Assembly: GCF_963921235.1 (NCBI RefSeq)
Contig: NC_086109.1
Coordinates: forward strand, 65,658,001 to 65,722,000
Origin: Mobula hypostoma
Lineage: Eukaryota
Length of the DNA: 64,000 nt
Reading direction: 5' to 3'
Shown here piece after piece: positions 1 to 12,218 of this stretch (the first letter of the stretch is position 1; every line of letters begins with the position of its first letter). The position numbers were made by a program, and so were the translations under genes. The notes under the pieces are model-generated. The model ran no database searches, was not told the origin of the DNA, and saw only the letters and a program-made list of their open reading frames with translations.

Positions 1-198
1 AGTCGTTCAGATGCTACCTGACCTGCTGAGTATTCCGAGCATTTAGAAAATCTGTATCTGCTGTACTATGCTTTTGCTGCATCACTTTGAGTCCCGCATG
101 TGTAACGCAGTGACTGGACACGACATATCAGATTTCATACTTTCACAAATTAGTCTGCTTTATCCTTCCTTCGGAGTCAATGTTGCTGTGTAGATTAC

Positions 199-394
199 CT
201 CTGAGAATGGCCTTGACATTCGTTCCAGAGCAAATTCGAAGTGGCACAGTTCACAGTGGCTAGAACAGGAAGCTGCCAGCCACTGCTCCAGGCAGCTACG
301 ATGAACAGTTCCCAGAGTTCCTGAACATTCACATGGGGACAGCAGGCTTTCCTTATCACTTGGTTCATGGCAAATTCTGCAGATTGGAATATCA
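199..394 (-). CDS. MARCHF3-like: MARCHF2/3-family E3 ubiquitin ligase, RING-CH (C4HC3) exon
   Basis: Translates (S)[65 protein letters not shown], with all 8 RING-CH ligands and the conserved W. Acceptor ttttcattccgtgcAG at 395-396; donor GAG|GTAAT at 198-197. Downstream TM exons lie outside the window. Confidence 0.95.
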
Positions 395-1659
395 CTGCAC
401 GGAATGAAAAGTAATAGGCTTGACAATTATTTTCCTTAATTAAAAATTATGGCTTAGATTTCACAATGCATCTGCCCAGGTCACTGACTATCTTGCAATA
501 ACTGTTTCTAAGGCCAGTTCAGTGAATTGATAGCCAACTTCACAATCCATTCTCCCATCCCCTGACTCAAAGACAAAGAGAGTAAATACATATGTAAAAT
601 GAACTGGCCACAAGGGCTATTTAACATTCCAGTACAAATAGCTCGATAAGCCACAGCTGGAGGATGGAGTCCAATTCTAGGCGCCACAATGATATGAGGC
701 ATAACAACCAAAGGGAAGGTTTTTTTCCTCTCTGAACACACAACAAATAATCTAAAATGTGTTGCCTAAAAGCAATGTGGAAGCAGATTTCAAAGGGAAA
801 TTTTTGATACATACTTGAAGGGGGAATTTTGCAGACCACTGTGCAGATTCAATGGCCAAAAGTGTTTAAAATATTTCTGTAACTTTCCTGAGAGGGTATA
901 GATTATCTGGAGCATCGTGGGATCTTTAGATTAAGTACCTAAAGCAGAAGACTCATTGGATTTGCAATCAGTAAATTTTATAGGCTGTAACTTCAAGTAA
1001 CTGAATAAATTTAGTTAAAACTGACATTTGGTGGGATCCAAGAAAAGTTTGTGGTAAATCTGTTAAAGTATTAATTGGTGGACAGCACCCATGATGTTGC
1101 TGAATTTGGGGTATCAAACCATATAATGTGTTCTTCACAATATTCAGTTGTGCCCTGTCTATGGGAATACTTGGGTTACTGTAGTGCAAGGCAGCGACCT
1201 AACTATTTGAACAGACACAGTGCACGACTGAATATTTTTCTCAACACATTTATTTCACAGTAGCACTCTCACCATCTGATAAAATAAGTGGGCAGAAATA
1301 TATTTTATTGTTCCTTACTCAACAAAACTGGTCTGATAACTACATGTCAAGTTATATTTCCAGATGCATCCAACTGAGTCAAACAGGTGACAGCAAGCTG
1401 CACAAGAAGCTTGGGGCCCCCAGTGACATCATTCCAATGAGGAAAAGAAAATGAGTGCACATTCAGTCCGGAGGACAAAAAATATGATTGCATTGACATG
1501 GCTTTCATGTGATTTGATATACCATGATGTGAGGTAATATCAAATCCTTTTTTATTTTTACTTATGTCTTTTTATGAGTGCTGGCAACCCTAGAAAGAGG
1601 TCTGGAGTGACTTTCCTGAGCTCTTTGCTCTTTCCTGTCCTTAATCAGCACATGGAATG

Positions 1660-1940
1660 GCAGGGCAGTGTAGTGGTTAGCACAATGCTTTACAGTCCCA
1701 GCGACCCAGGTCCAGCTCCTGCCGCTGACTGTAAGTTTGTACGCTCTCCTCCTGACCGCGTGTGTTTCCCATGGGTGCTCCAGTTTCCTCCCACAGTCCA
1801 AAGGCACACCGGTTGGTAGGTTAATTGGTCATTGTAAATTGTCCCTTGCTTATGCCAGGATTAAATTGGGGGGGCAGTTGTGGCTCGAAGGCCCGGAACG
1901 GCCTATTCTGCACTGTATCTCAGTAAGTAAAACAAAATGA
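1660..1940 (+). mobile_element. tRNA-derived V-SINE (HE1-like)
   Basis: tRNA-like head, V-domain GTTTCCTCCCACAGTCCAAAG...GGTTAATTGG...TAAATTGTCCC, A-rich tail. Related copies at ~2115-2275(-), 17575-17740, 22520-22720, 23495-23720, 26840-27365 (split) and 62060-62250(-). Confidence 0.8.
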
Positions 1941-2749
1941 GCAACCTGCAGCAAGATCAGAGGATGTCAATCAGGAAGAAAGATAAAGATCGTAAAGATT
2001 AGCTTTATTTGTCACATGTACATCAAAAGTGAAATGTGTCCTTTGTATCAAATCAAATCAGCAAGAAAGCCTGCCACTGTTGTCACGCCTCTGGTGTCAA
2101 CACTGCATTCCCACAACTCACCTGCTCTAACCGATGTCTTTGGACTGTCGGAGGAAATCCAAGCCCCCGGAGAAATCTCACTCAGTCATAGGGAGAAGGC
2201 ACAAACTCCTTACAGGCAGTGGTGGGAATTGAACCCTGACCGGTGATCAGTAGGGCTGTAAAGTGCTACTGTGCCATCCCTCTAAACAGATGTCCCTTCT
2301 GTTCCTTCACTATTAATTGGACCTTCCATAACCTGCCAATAGCAAGATCCACTTGCATCATACTCAGGAGGAGATAATGAAAAGGAGAAGTTATTAGCCT
2401 CAACAACAAAAAACCCTCTATACAATTGGCTGATTCAGTTTGTGTGCCAACACTGCACAAGCCAGGATGAGATTTGTAGCCACCTCCTCAGTGTTGCTGC
2501 CATTTACAACTTTATACCTCTTCCACAAAAACACACACTGCCTTTGATTTGTATTTTATCTTTTTGTTCACTACTATAGGTAAACGATGGCGCCATCCAT
2601 GGATAATGAAATCTATGATATAGTATCCCAGTCTCAATTTAATTCAGATTTGGAATCTAATTTTAATGTTAGTGAGCTGCCCTGCTAATCTCCTTGCCTG
2701 ATTGAAAACACACATGCAAGTTCCAAGACCAAAGTCTTATGTCCTGACT

Positions 2750-3960
2750 GTATAAGGCCAACACGTCAAAGGTTTGCTCCACACCCTGAGCCACATTTCA
2801 AAACCATTTCCCTAAATTCCATAGGAGGTAGTGAGATAAATGAACAGGATCCACAAAGATGTCCATGAGGCCAGAATGAAGCAGAGTCGATGCAGGTGTC
2901 AAAGTCAATATTATCTTCAGGCTGAGGGATCATACCATAAAGGCCAATCAGCGCAGCAGTGAGCGATGGTATGGATTTCACTTCCTTTAAGGCAACTCAG
3001 AGTGCTCCTTTCCTCTAGGCCCTCACTGTTTGTACAAAGTGCCTCCCTTCCATTACATTCCTCAGAACTCAGCCACTATGGCATACATCTTTCTTTCCTC
3101 TCCTCATACCACTCGGATGTCAGCTGAGGAGCCCCTCACTCCTGCCTCTACTTTCTATGACTGCGTGCATGCATGATCGCAAGCAGAGGGACAAGATACC
3201 GTCACATTTGTCTAGGTGAGGTGGGGAAACCTGGGCAGTCTCGGCCCTTGAGTGAGGTGAAGATAGCGGTCCACCTCAACAGAGTAAGGGTTGAAGAACT
3301 GAACTACAAACTTTATTTGTTGATATTTAGTAGAGAAGATATTCCAAGAACAATTGCCTGCTGTGAACTCTATTAGCATCCAGGATTGGGTCCATATGCG
3401 AATTCAGGTTTTTACTGTGTGTGGCACCTGGAATGGACTGGAGGCAGAACATGTAAGGGAAGAGCCACCTGCATGACTGAATCAGGGCTATTGTTAGCTG
3501 AAGATCTCTTTGCAGGAGTTCATATCTCCCGATCAGCCCCTGATGATCGAAGTTGTACAAATTCACGTTTTGGTGATATATCCCCCTTTGATCTATCTTG
3601 TCATTCTCCATGAAATCATGTGGTTAGGGTATTCTGAATGGGATCTTAATACGGAAGGATGGTGGGGAAAGGGGGAAAATGGTAGTTTGTTCTTCTGATC
3701 TTGAATACTCACCTTGGATGGGAAATAACTTAGCAAGAAAATGGGATTGAATTCTGATTCACTCAGTTGGATGCCCTTCGAAAGGGTAACACATTTTGTA
3801 CAAGAGCAAATGATAGTGGTGGGAAATCAGCTTTGCCTTCTGTGCGGAACAGACGGGATGCTCATGAATTTAGCATCACCCAATTTTCTGATTACTGTTG
3901 ACACAGACGTCACCTGTGGGATCATGAGTGGAACTTTGCATCACATATTAATCTAATTTT
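2750..3960 (-). mobile_element. Highly degraded L1/Tx1-like LINE remnant
   Basis: Fragments such as NLNSHMDPILD (cf. GDFNxxLDPxLD of the APE endonuclease) and a degenerate pre-RT segment; many stops. Confidence 0.4.
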
Positions 3961-4000
3961 TTCTACACATTGAGAGTATTTAATAACTACAGAAACTAAC

Positions 4001-4173
4001 CTAGAAATGCTGCTAGTTCTGACCATTGATGATGGGGGATGGTCATCACTGCCTGAAACTTCCATTACATATTGTAGCTTTTGTGACAACAGACCGTTAG
4101 AACTGGCAACTGGCGGGTTGTTACTTGCATTGTTCAAGTGACTTTCTGATGCCTGCAAGTTACCAGTCTTCAT
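4001..4173 (-). CDS. MARCHF3-like: MARCHF2/3-family first coding exon (N-terminus)
   Basis: gccATG at 4173; MKTGNLQ...QYVMEVSGSDDHPPSSMVRTSSIS resembles MARCH3 QYVMQVSAKDGQLLSTVVRT. Donor AG|GTTAGT at 4000. The 173 nt (phase 2) splice in frame to the exon at 394 (AG+T=Ser). Acceptor tttgtttctttccctttaAG puts the exon start at 4262. Confidence 0.88.
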
Positions 4174-5204
4174 GGCAATCAAGTCAAAATCATTTTTCCA
4201 ATTTATTACGTTCCCTTGTACTCCAAATGTAGGAAGTATGAAGTTATTAATATAACATCCACCTTAAAGGGAAAGAAACAAAAGTGACTTGATTTGCTAT
4301 TCTAAAGGTATAATTCAAACCATATTACATAAAACTGCGTTGTCAACGTTATTTTATTGCAATTGGCACAACAATGAAATGACATTAATAACAACTTTTT
4401 AACGTGGTAAAAACATTTACCACACTTCTCAGAAGAATAAAGTTGGCCCCCTTAACCAAAATAAAGGTAGACAATAAATCATGTGAAATATAACTTGTTC
4501 AAGGAATTAGTCTGAAGGAAATTTTAAAGGCAGAGAAATAGGGAAATCTGTAATTCCAGAGTTTGGTTGCCATTTCCACAAAATAAACTTTCAAAGTCAC
4601 TTTCAAGATACGAGGATCGATAGCAAGGCCGGCATTTACTGTCCATTTCTAATTGTTATTGAGAAGGAGTTGGTGAGAAACATTCTGCTACATCTTTGGT
4701 GTGGCTGGTGTCACAATGCTGCCGAGTAGCGAGTTCCAGTATTTACACCCCTCCCCCTCTACCTCTTTATTCTGGTATCTTCTCCCTTCCTTCTCAGTCC
4801 TGACAAAACATTGACTGTCTATTCATTTCCACCGATGCTGCCTGACCTGCTGAGTTCCTCCAGCATTGAGTGTGTGTTGCTCGTGATGATGAAGCTCTAG
4901 TGACTGGAGATTTGAAAGGGAAGAGAAGAAACCATCTACAATATCTGTTAACATGAGATAAATAATTTTTATGATAAGCTAATTACTTGCCAGATCTTTA
5001 ACAGAGGTGAACATAATGGAGTGTTTGATAGCAGGAATGACTAACAATAATTCCTCGTATAGAAGATATAAGTATCATTTGCCTTTATATGAAAACATCT
5101 ACAATACTCTAAAAATAATTATCTAAGCTGTTGAAGAGGGGTGTGCTATTTATTTGTCATTGAGATATTTAACATCCATTCTACAGACATGAAAATAAAC
5201 AAAC

Positions 5205-5582
5205 TGGAATTCGGAAGAATGAGGGGTGACTTTATTGAAACCTATGGAATGGTGAAAGGCCTTGATAGAGTGGATGTTTCCTCTGGTGGGAGAGTCTAAG
5301 ATCAGAGACCATAGCCTCAGAATAGGGGGTGTCCTTTTAGAACAGAGATGAGGAGGAATTTCTTCAGCCAGGGAGTGGTGGATCTGTGGAAATCTTTGCC
5401 CTAGTCAGCTGTGGAGGCCAAGTCTTCAGGTATATTTAAGGTAGAGAGGGTGATAGATTCTTGATTGGCCAGGGCATGAAGGAAGTTGGGGCTGAGAGGA
5501 AAATTGGATCAGCTATGATGAAATGGCAGAGCAGACTCAATGGGCCAAATTCTTCTCCTATATCTTATGGTTATATGGTCTT
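5205..5582 (+). mobile_element. CR1 LINE 3' end
   Basis: LEFGRMRGDFIETY...RTEMRRNFFSQGVVDLW C-terminus and tcttatgg-type tail. Confidence 0.85.
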
Positions 5583-8139
5583 AAAAGGTTTCTACTCTTG
5601 ACCTTTATGGACCAGAGAGGCATGACATAGAAAACATAACAGGTGGCTAGCCTACCTTCTCCTTGTCACCGTGAGTTGATTTAGACAAGGATTCTGCACA
5701 TGTGATAGGTTTGATTTCACCTGCAGAACCCCTGTCAAGACTTATTCACGACAAATGGGAATGTGGAAGAGAATCAAGTCGATGGAAGCACAGTCAGCTA
5801 AAAGCAGGGGTGGAGGAGGAGAAAATTTGACAGAAAATTATGAAATGTACACAGTTAAACTGTATGATTATTCATTTCTTGCCCTATTTAATGGTTCTCT
5901 CAGCTGGTCATTATTATCCTGCTTGAAGGCAGGAGCAAAATTACTCCAGAATAATTCAATCCTTCAGACTGAAAGGACAGGCTAAATTGGCCCTCACTGT
6001 ATATTGTTTTTGAATTAACTGGGACAAGAACTTCATAGAAATGCATTCAAAAATATTTTTACAGCAATTGGTCAGAGTAAAGGATAATATAATGGCCTCA
6101 CATCCAAATATCCTAGCGATTATAAATGATTGATTCTTAGTCAATTGTATTTTTCAGATATGGAAGAAAGCGTATTCAAATAATTATCCATTTAACACTG
6201 CAATAATTTTTTTTTTGCTTCTTAACCAGTTATTAAAGTGAAGTAACCTCATGCTCTGAACGCTAAAGAACTCCAGAGATAACGAATGTAACCTTCTTAG
6301 TATTTCTTCAATCTACCATCTTTCAATTAAGTTCCATGTTATAATTACAGTCTGGGTGACTGGCTCTTTACTCTCTATTGGTTATATTTGTGATTAAGTT
6401 AGATTTATGATCATCTTTTGAATGCAATAAATCACTTAACCTTGAATAAAATGAAAAGCCATTTTTATTAAGCTGAACGTGTTTAAGTTCTGGAAATATC
6501 TCTGTTATTATGAAGTAATATTTCATTACTGAGCACTATGTCCTGTACATTTCCATTTGCTGTTGTAGCACTTCTGAAATTCAGTCTTTTCCTTTGGCAA
6601 CAGAAATAACGAGTGTTTAACTTCTATCTGGATAATACCTATTAGGCACCAGTAGGATATTTCCTGTATTACTTGTTGCACAGTTATGTGCTGAAAGGGG
6701 CCAATGCTTCTTGACCTATGTGAATAACTTGACTAAGGAATGATACTCTGCAGCTGATACTAAGCCTCGAAGTGTAATCTGGTGAGAGAATACTAAAAGA
6801 TGGTAGAAAGGCATAGACAACTTTAAGGAATGGGACGACATGTGAAAGATGAAATTTAATGCCCAGGCAAAGTGACTTCTGCCACAAGGAAAAATATTTG
6901 TTGAAGCAGTACAAACTGAGTTAACATTTCAGGTAAAGAAAAATCCCCTTCAGTTCTGATGAAGGGACTCGGACTTGAAAATTCACCCATGTTTCTCTTT
7001 CCACAGATGCTGTTTGACCTGCTGAGTGTTTCTAACATTTTATTTTTATTTCAGATTTCCAGCAGTTCTGCTTTATTTTATTTTCATAGCTGATATTGAC
7101 CCTGAGGCAAACCAAGTTTCTATGTCTTTATGTAAAATGCGATAACATAGCGAATATATACAATACAATTTGTCTGCCTATCTAATAAAAAATCTCAATG
7201 GCGTATTCCTTGATTTATTGGATCAAGATATTTAAGAACACTTACCTTTGCCAGTGATTATTGCTTTTCAATAAATGTTGATAATTTACAGAGAAAAATG
7301 TAGTTGTTCGGTGTGTTAAAATAATTACATTAAAATACATTAAAATAAACAGTGGGGGTGTGTAATTATTTTGCATTTCTCTGTTTATATAATGAGCACA
7401 ATTCCTAAGTTATAAGCTCAAATTTCTTCATCACAGTGCCAGATAAACAAGCAAAAAAGAGCTATTCAATTGTATGAAAACCCCAAAACCCAAATCGTTC
7501 AGAGAATGGGAGTTACCATTAACACCTGTTCATGATATGTGAGCCTCCAATGCCACCAAACAGCATTACTTCTTAATGTTCCCTTCACTCATGAAAACAA
7601 GTGCAAAGAAGATGGCCGATTGCTCCCTTCCTAGACTTGGAGATCTCCACTCGCCAAGCAGTTGATGCTGAGGGTGTGATGGAGCATCTGGCAGTCTGAT
7701 GCTGTAGCTTTGTGCATCTTCTTATTCCAAGAGAAAAGGAAAAGGATTAATGAGTGTGTGACAAGGTGTGATATGACCGTCACAGTTGGAAAGCTGCAAG
7801 TGTGAGAAGGGTGCACGAAGAAGTGTAGTTGTTAGTAGACGGGAGTTTTTGTTTCCACAGACTTGACTTCAAATTTGAGGTCATTATAAACTTTTTCCAG
7901 AATGGTATCCCAAGCCACATTCTCACACTTCAGTTTTATTTCCGACTTACTCTGTGTGTTCTTGAGCACATGGGCCCTCTACCTGGTTCTTCCACTGGAT
8001 GCTCAAGTCTACCCTACTTCTCAGAGATCCTTGAGCAGAAACCAGCAGTCATTGGATTCACTGCTCACACCAGTCAAAGACCGTGCCTGCTACTTTTACT
8101 CGGTGACCAGTCATTTCAAGGATCCTTAGAGACTTAAAC

Positions 8140-8472
8140 GCCAAAATGGCCACAATCTTGTCATAGGGTTTGGAGGCTTGCATGCTTCAATCATCTGGAG
8201 AGCTATGTTGGCTGGAGTCAGCACTTTACGCTCTGGCTCTTGGTAGGGTCACCCATGCCAAACAGGTCAACGGGCAGAGGCCAGACTAAGAGTGGTCCAC
8301 TGGTCCTCCAGGTTCTGGAGATCAACTCAGGCCTAACAACCCTGACTGGCCAAAAAAAAAAGTTATGGAAACAAAAATGAAGAAGCCTTCTATAGCTGTG
8401 TGTGACAAAGCTGGAGGACCTTCATTACTATCCCAAGTGCCAGCCAGTGGCGTAATGGGCAGTAATAATTAA
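8140..8472 (+). mobile_element. Non-autonomous RTE-like retroposon (5'UTR plus 3' end)
   Basis: RTE-type 5'UTR-like sequence fused to an RTE-like 3' end with a short (TAA)-type tail; no ORF. Confidence 0.45.
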
Positions 8473-8903
8473 AGACTTCAGAGCTACTTGACCTTTGCTT
8501 GATGCAAATTGTGCAAGATCCCCACACAGCAGCATCTTAGCATGTGTTTTCATGCAATAATGAGTTTCTACATCTTGATGTGGATATATCACCTCTTGTC
8601 TCCTGGCTTACAAGGTGCTACTCTTCTGCATGTTTTATCCTGTAAACCCATCTGATGGAAATAATAGTCTACAGTATGGAAAAAAGGTCCTTCAGCTCAA
8701 CTTGTCCATGCTGACCAAGTTATCTCCCTAAACTAGTACCATTTGCCTACATTTGTTTCCAGATACCTTTAAACTTCTTCTATCCGTGTATCTATCTAAA
8801 TGTATTTTAAACATTTGAATTGTACCCACCCCTATCATTTCTTCTGACAGCTTGTTCCATATATCCACCACCCTCTTGACAGAAAGTTGCCCTTCAGATC
8901 TCT

Positions 8904-9210
8904 CTTGTATTCGATTGTATTTGATGTAATATAATAGCCCAGCTTTGTTTAGTTTTGTTTAGTTCAGTTTTTGGTTCAGTTTAGTTTAGTTTTTTTTTAT
9001 TTTGGGGTTTCTTTTTCTTGATATTTTTTCTTTTTTCTTTTTATCATGTTTAATTATATTAAGAGTTTGGGAGGTCTAATATACTTGTATTATCTGTAGT
9101 TTTTACTTGCATATATCAGTTACCAATAATGTAATCCCAATCTCTTTGTATTAGTACTGTTGCTATGTTTATGAATTTGAAAATGAATAAAAAGATTAAA
9201 AAAGAAAGAA
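8904..9210 (+). mobile_element. L1/Tx1-like 3'UTR insertion within a CR1 tail
   Basis: T-rich body, AATAAA and A-rich tail; flanked by the duplicated agatctct (8896-8903 and 9211-9218). Confidence 0.55.
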
Positions 9211-12084
9211 AGATCTCTTTTAAAACTTTCCCCTCTTGCCTTAAACCTATGCCTTCTGGTTTTGGACTCCCTTACACTGGGAAAAGGACTGTGACCATCC
9301 ACTTTTTTTTTTCCAAGGACATCTTCAATCTCTTATTGCTGCTGTCAGTGGTTCCCACATGCTTTAAAAGATGACTATCATACCAGTACCCAAGAAGATC
9401 AGGGAAGCTATCTTAATGACTATTGCCCATTTGCACTCACACCTACTGTGTGAAGTGCTTTGAGAGGTTATTCATGGTCAGAATCAATACCTACAGCGGA
9501 TGCAATCTCACTGGCTCTCCACTTGGCCTTGGATCTTCTGGACCATAGCAAAGCCTATTGATTATAGCTCAGCATTCAATACAACCATACCTTTAGTTCT
9601 AATCAAAAAGCTCCAAAACTTGAGCCTCTGAACGTCCTTCTGCAACTGGATCCTTGACTTCCTCACTGGGAGACCACAGACAGTGTGGATCAGAAATAAC
9701 ATCTACTCCTCACTGACAATCAACTTTGGTGCACCTCAAAGATATGTGCTCGGCCCACTGCCCTACTTTCTTTGCACTCATGGCTGTGTGGCTGGCTACA
9801 CATGAAGCACAGCAGTAAATTTGGCAATGATACAGCTTTTGTTGGCAGAATTTCAGATGGTGACGAGGAGTTGTACAGGAGTGGGTTAGATCAGCTGGTT
9901 GAGTGGTGTTGCAACAGCAACCTTGTACGCATTATCAGTAAGACCAAGGAATTGATTATGGACTTCAGGAAGGGGAAGTTGAGGGAATACAAACCAGTCC
10001 TTATTGAGGGATCAGCGGTGGAAAGGATGAGCAGTTTCAAGTTCCTGGGTGTCAACATCTCTGATGATCTATCCTGGGTCCAACATATTGATGCAATTAC
10101 AAAGAAGGCACCACAACAGCTATAATTCATTAGGAGCTCGAGGAGAAATGGTATGTCACCAAAGACCTGTAAATTTCTGCAGATGTACCGCAGACAGCGT
10201 TCTAACTGGTCTGGAATGGATATCGGGTGCAAGTTGAATAGGGACTTAACAATGGCATGTGGCAAAGGAAATGTCGCAGTAGTTATGGGGGATTTCAACA
10301 TGCATTTCAACATGAACTGGGAAAATCAGGTTGGTACTGGACCCCAGGATAGGGAGTTTGTAGAGTGCCTACGGGATGCATTTTTGGAGCAGCTTGTACG
10401 AGAGCTGACCAGGGATAAGGCTACTCTGGATTTAGTGTTGTGCAATGAACAGGATTTGATAAGTGAACTTGAAGTAAAGGAGCCATTAGGAGGTAGTGAC
10501 CATAATATGATAAGTTTTTATCTGCAAGTTGAGAGGGATAAGGGCAGATCAGAAGTGTCAGTATTGCAGTTGAACAAAGGAGACTATGGAGTCATGAGGG
10601 AGGAGCTGGCCAACGTTGACTGGTTGGATATCCTAGCAGAAAAGACAGTGGAACAGCAATGGCAGGTATTCTTGGGAATAATGCACAAGGTGCAAAATCA
10701 TTTCATCCCCCAGAGAAGGAAGGATTCAAAGGGGGGAAAGTGGCCACAGTGGTTGACAAAGGAAGTTAGAGATAGCATAGCATTAAAAAAGAAGTATAAC
10801 AGAGCTAAGGTGAGTGGGAAGACGGATGATTGGGAAATTTTTAAGGAGCAACAGAACTTAACTAAAAAGGCAATACGGGGAGAAAAACTGAGGTATGAAC
10901 ACAAGCTAGCTAGAAATATAAAGGAGGATAGCAAAGGTTTTTTTTAGGTATGTGAAGAGAAGGAAGACAGTTAAGAACAATGCTGGGCCCTTGAAGAATG
11001 AATTGGGAGAAATTGTTATGGGAAACAGAGAAATGGCAGACGAATTTAAGAAGTACTTTGGATCTGTCTTCACTAGGGAAAAGACACAAGCAATCTACCA
11101 GATGTATGGATGGGCCAAGGACATAGGGTAACAGAGGAACTGAAACAGATTGACATTAGGAAGGAAACAGTGATGAGTAGACTGATGGGACTGAAGGCTA
11201 ACAAATCCCCAGGTCCAGATGGTCTGCATCCTAGGGTACTAAAGGAGGTGGCTCTGGAAATTGCGGATGCATTGGTGATCATTTTCCAATGTTCCTTAGA
11301 TTCAGGATCAGTTCCTGAGGATTGGCAAATGGCTAATGTTATCCCACTTTTTAAGAAAGGAGGAAGGGAGAAAACAGAGAACTATCGCCCTGTTAGCCTA
11401 ACATCAGTAGTGGGGAAGATGCTGGAGTCCATTATTAAAGATGAAATAGCGGCATATCTTGATAGCAGTGATAGGATTGGGCCGAGCCAGCATGGATTTA
11501 CCAAGGGCAAATCATGCTTGACTAATCTATTGGAGTTTTTTGAGGATGTAACCAGGAAGATAGACGCGGGAGTTCCAGTGGATGTGGTCTACCTTGACTT
11601 TCAGAAGGCATTCAATAAGGTACCACAAAGGAGATTGGTGGGTAAAATCAGAGCTCATGGCATTGGGGGGAGGATATTGACATGGATAGAAAACTGGTTG
11701 GCAGATAGAAAGCAAAGGGTAGCAGTGAATGGGTGTTTCTCGGAATGGCAGGTGGTGACTAGTGGGGTGCCACAGGGCTCAGTATTGGGACCACAGCTGT
11801 TTACGATTTACGTCAATGATTTAGAGGAAGGCATTGTGAATAACATTAGCAAGTTTGCTGATGATACTAAGCTGGGTGGCAGTGTGACATGTGATGAAGA
11901 TGTTAGGAGAATTCAAGGTGACTTGGATAGGCTGGGTGAGTGGGCAGAAACTTGGCAGATGGCGTTTAATGTGAATAAGTGTGAGGTTATTCACTTTGGG
12001 AGCAAGAACAGGAAGGCAGATTATTATCTGAACGGTGTGGAGTTAGGTAAGGGAGAAATACAAAGAGATCTAGGAGTACTTGTT

Positions 12085-12216
12085 AACAACAGCAATTCTG
12101 CAGATGCTGGAAATTCAAGCAACACACATCAAAGTTGCTGGTGAATGCAGCAGGCCAGGCAGTATCTCTAGGAAGAGGTGCAGTCGACGTTTCAGGCCGA
12201 GACCCTTCGTCAGGAC
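12085..12216 (-). mobile_element. Short Penelope-derived insertion carrying a minimal hammerhead ribozyme motif
   Basis: Interrupts the CR1 RT between duplicated tgtt (12081-84 and 12217-20). Minus strand reads cagtc-CTGACGA-agg gtctcgg cct-GAAA-CG-TC-gactg (12218-12181). Confidence 0.8.
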
Positions 12217-12218
12217 TG
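12181..12218 (-). ncRNA. Minimal type I hammerhead ribozyme motif (intact core)
   Basis: CUGANGA and GAAA boxes, helix II AGG/CCU, palindromic ACGU helix III, GUC cleavage triplet, helix I CAGUC/GACUG. Confidence 0.7.

Noticed and set aside
160-426. ORF-track 88-aa protein as a complete gene
   Set aside because: The ends are intronic read-through; only 199-394 lies between splice sites.
3705-3720. Consensus minus-strand donor AAG|GTGAGT
   Set aside because: Within a degraded LINE remnant, with no in-frame exon found.
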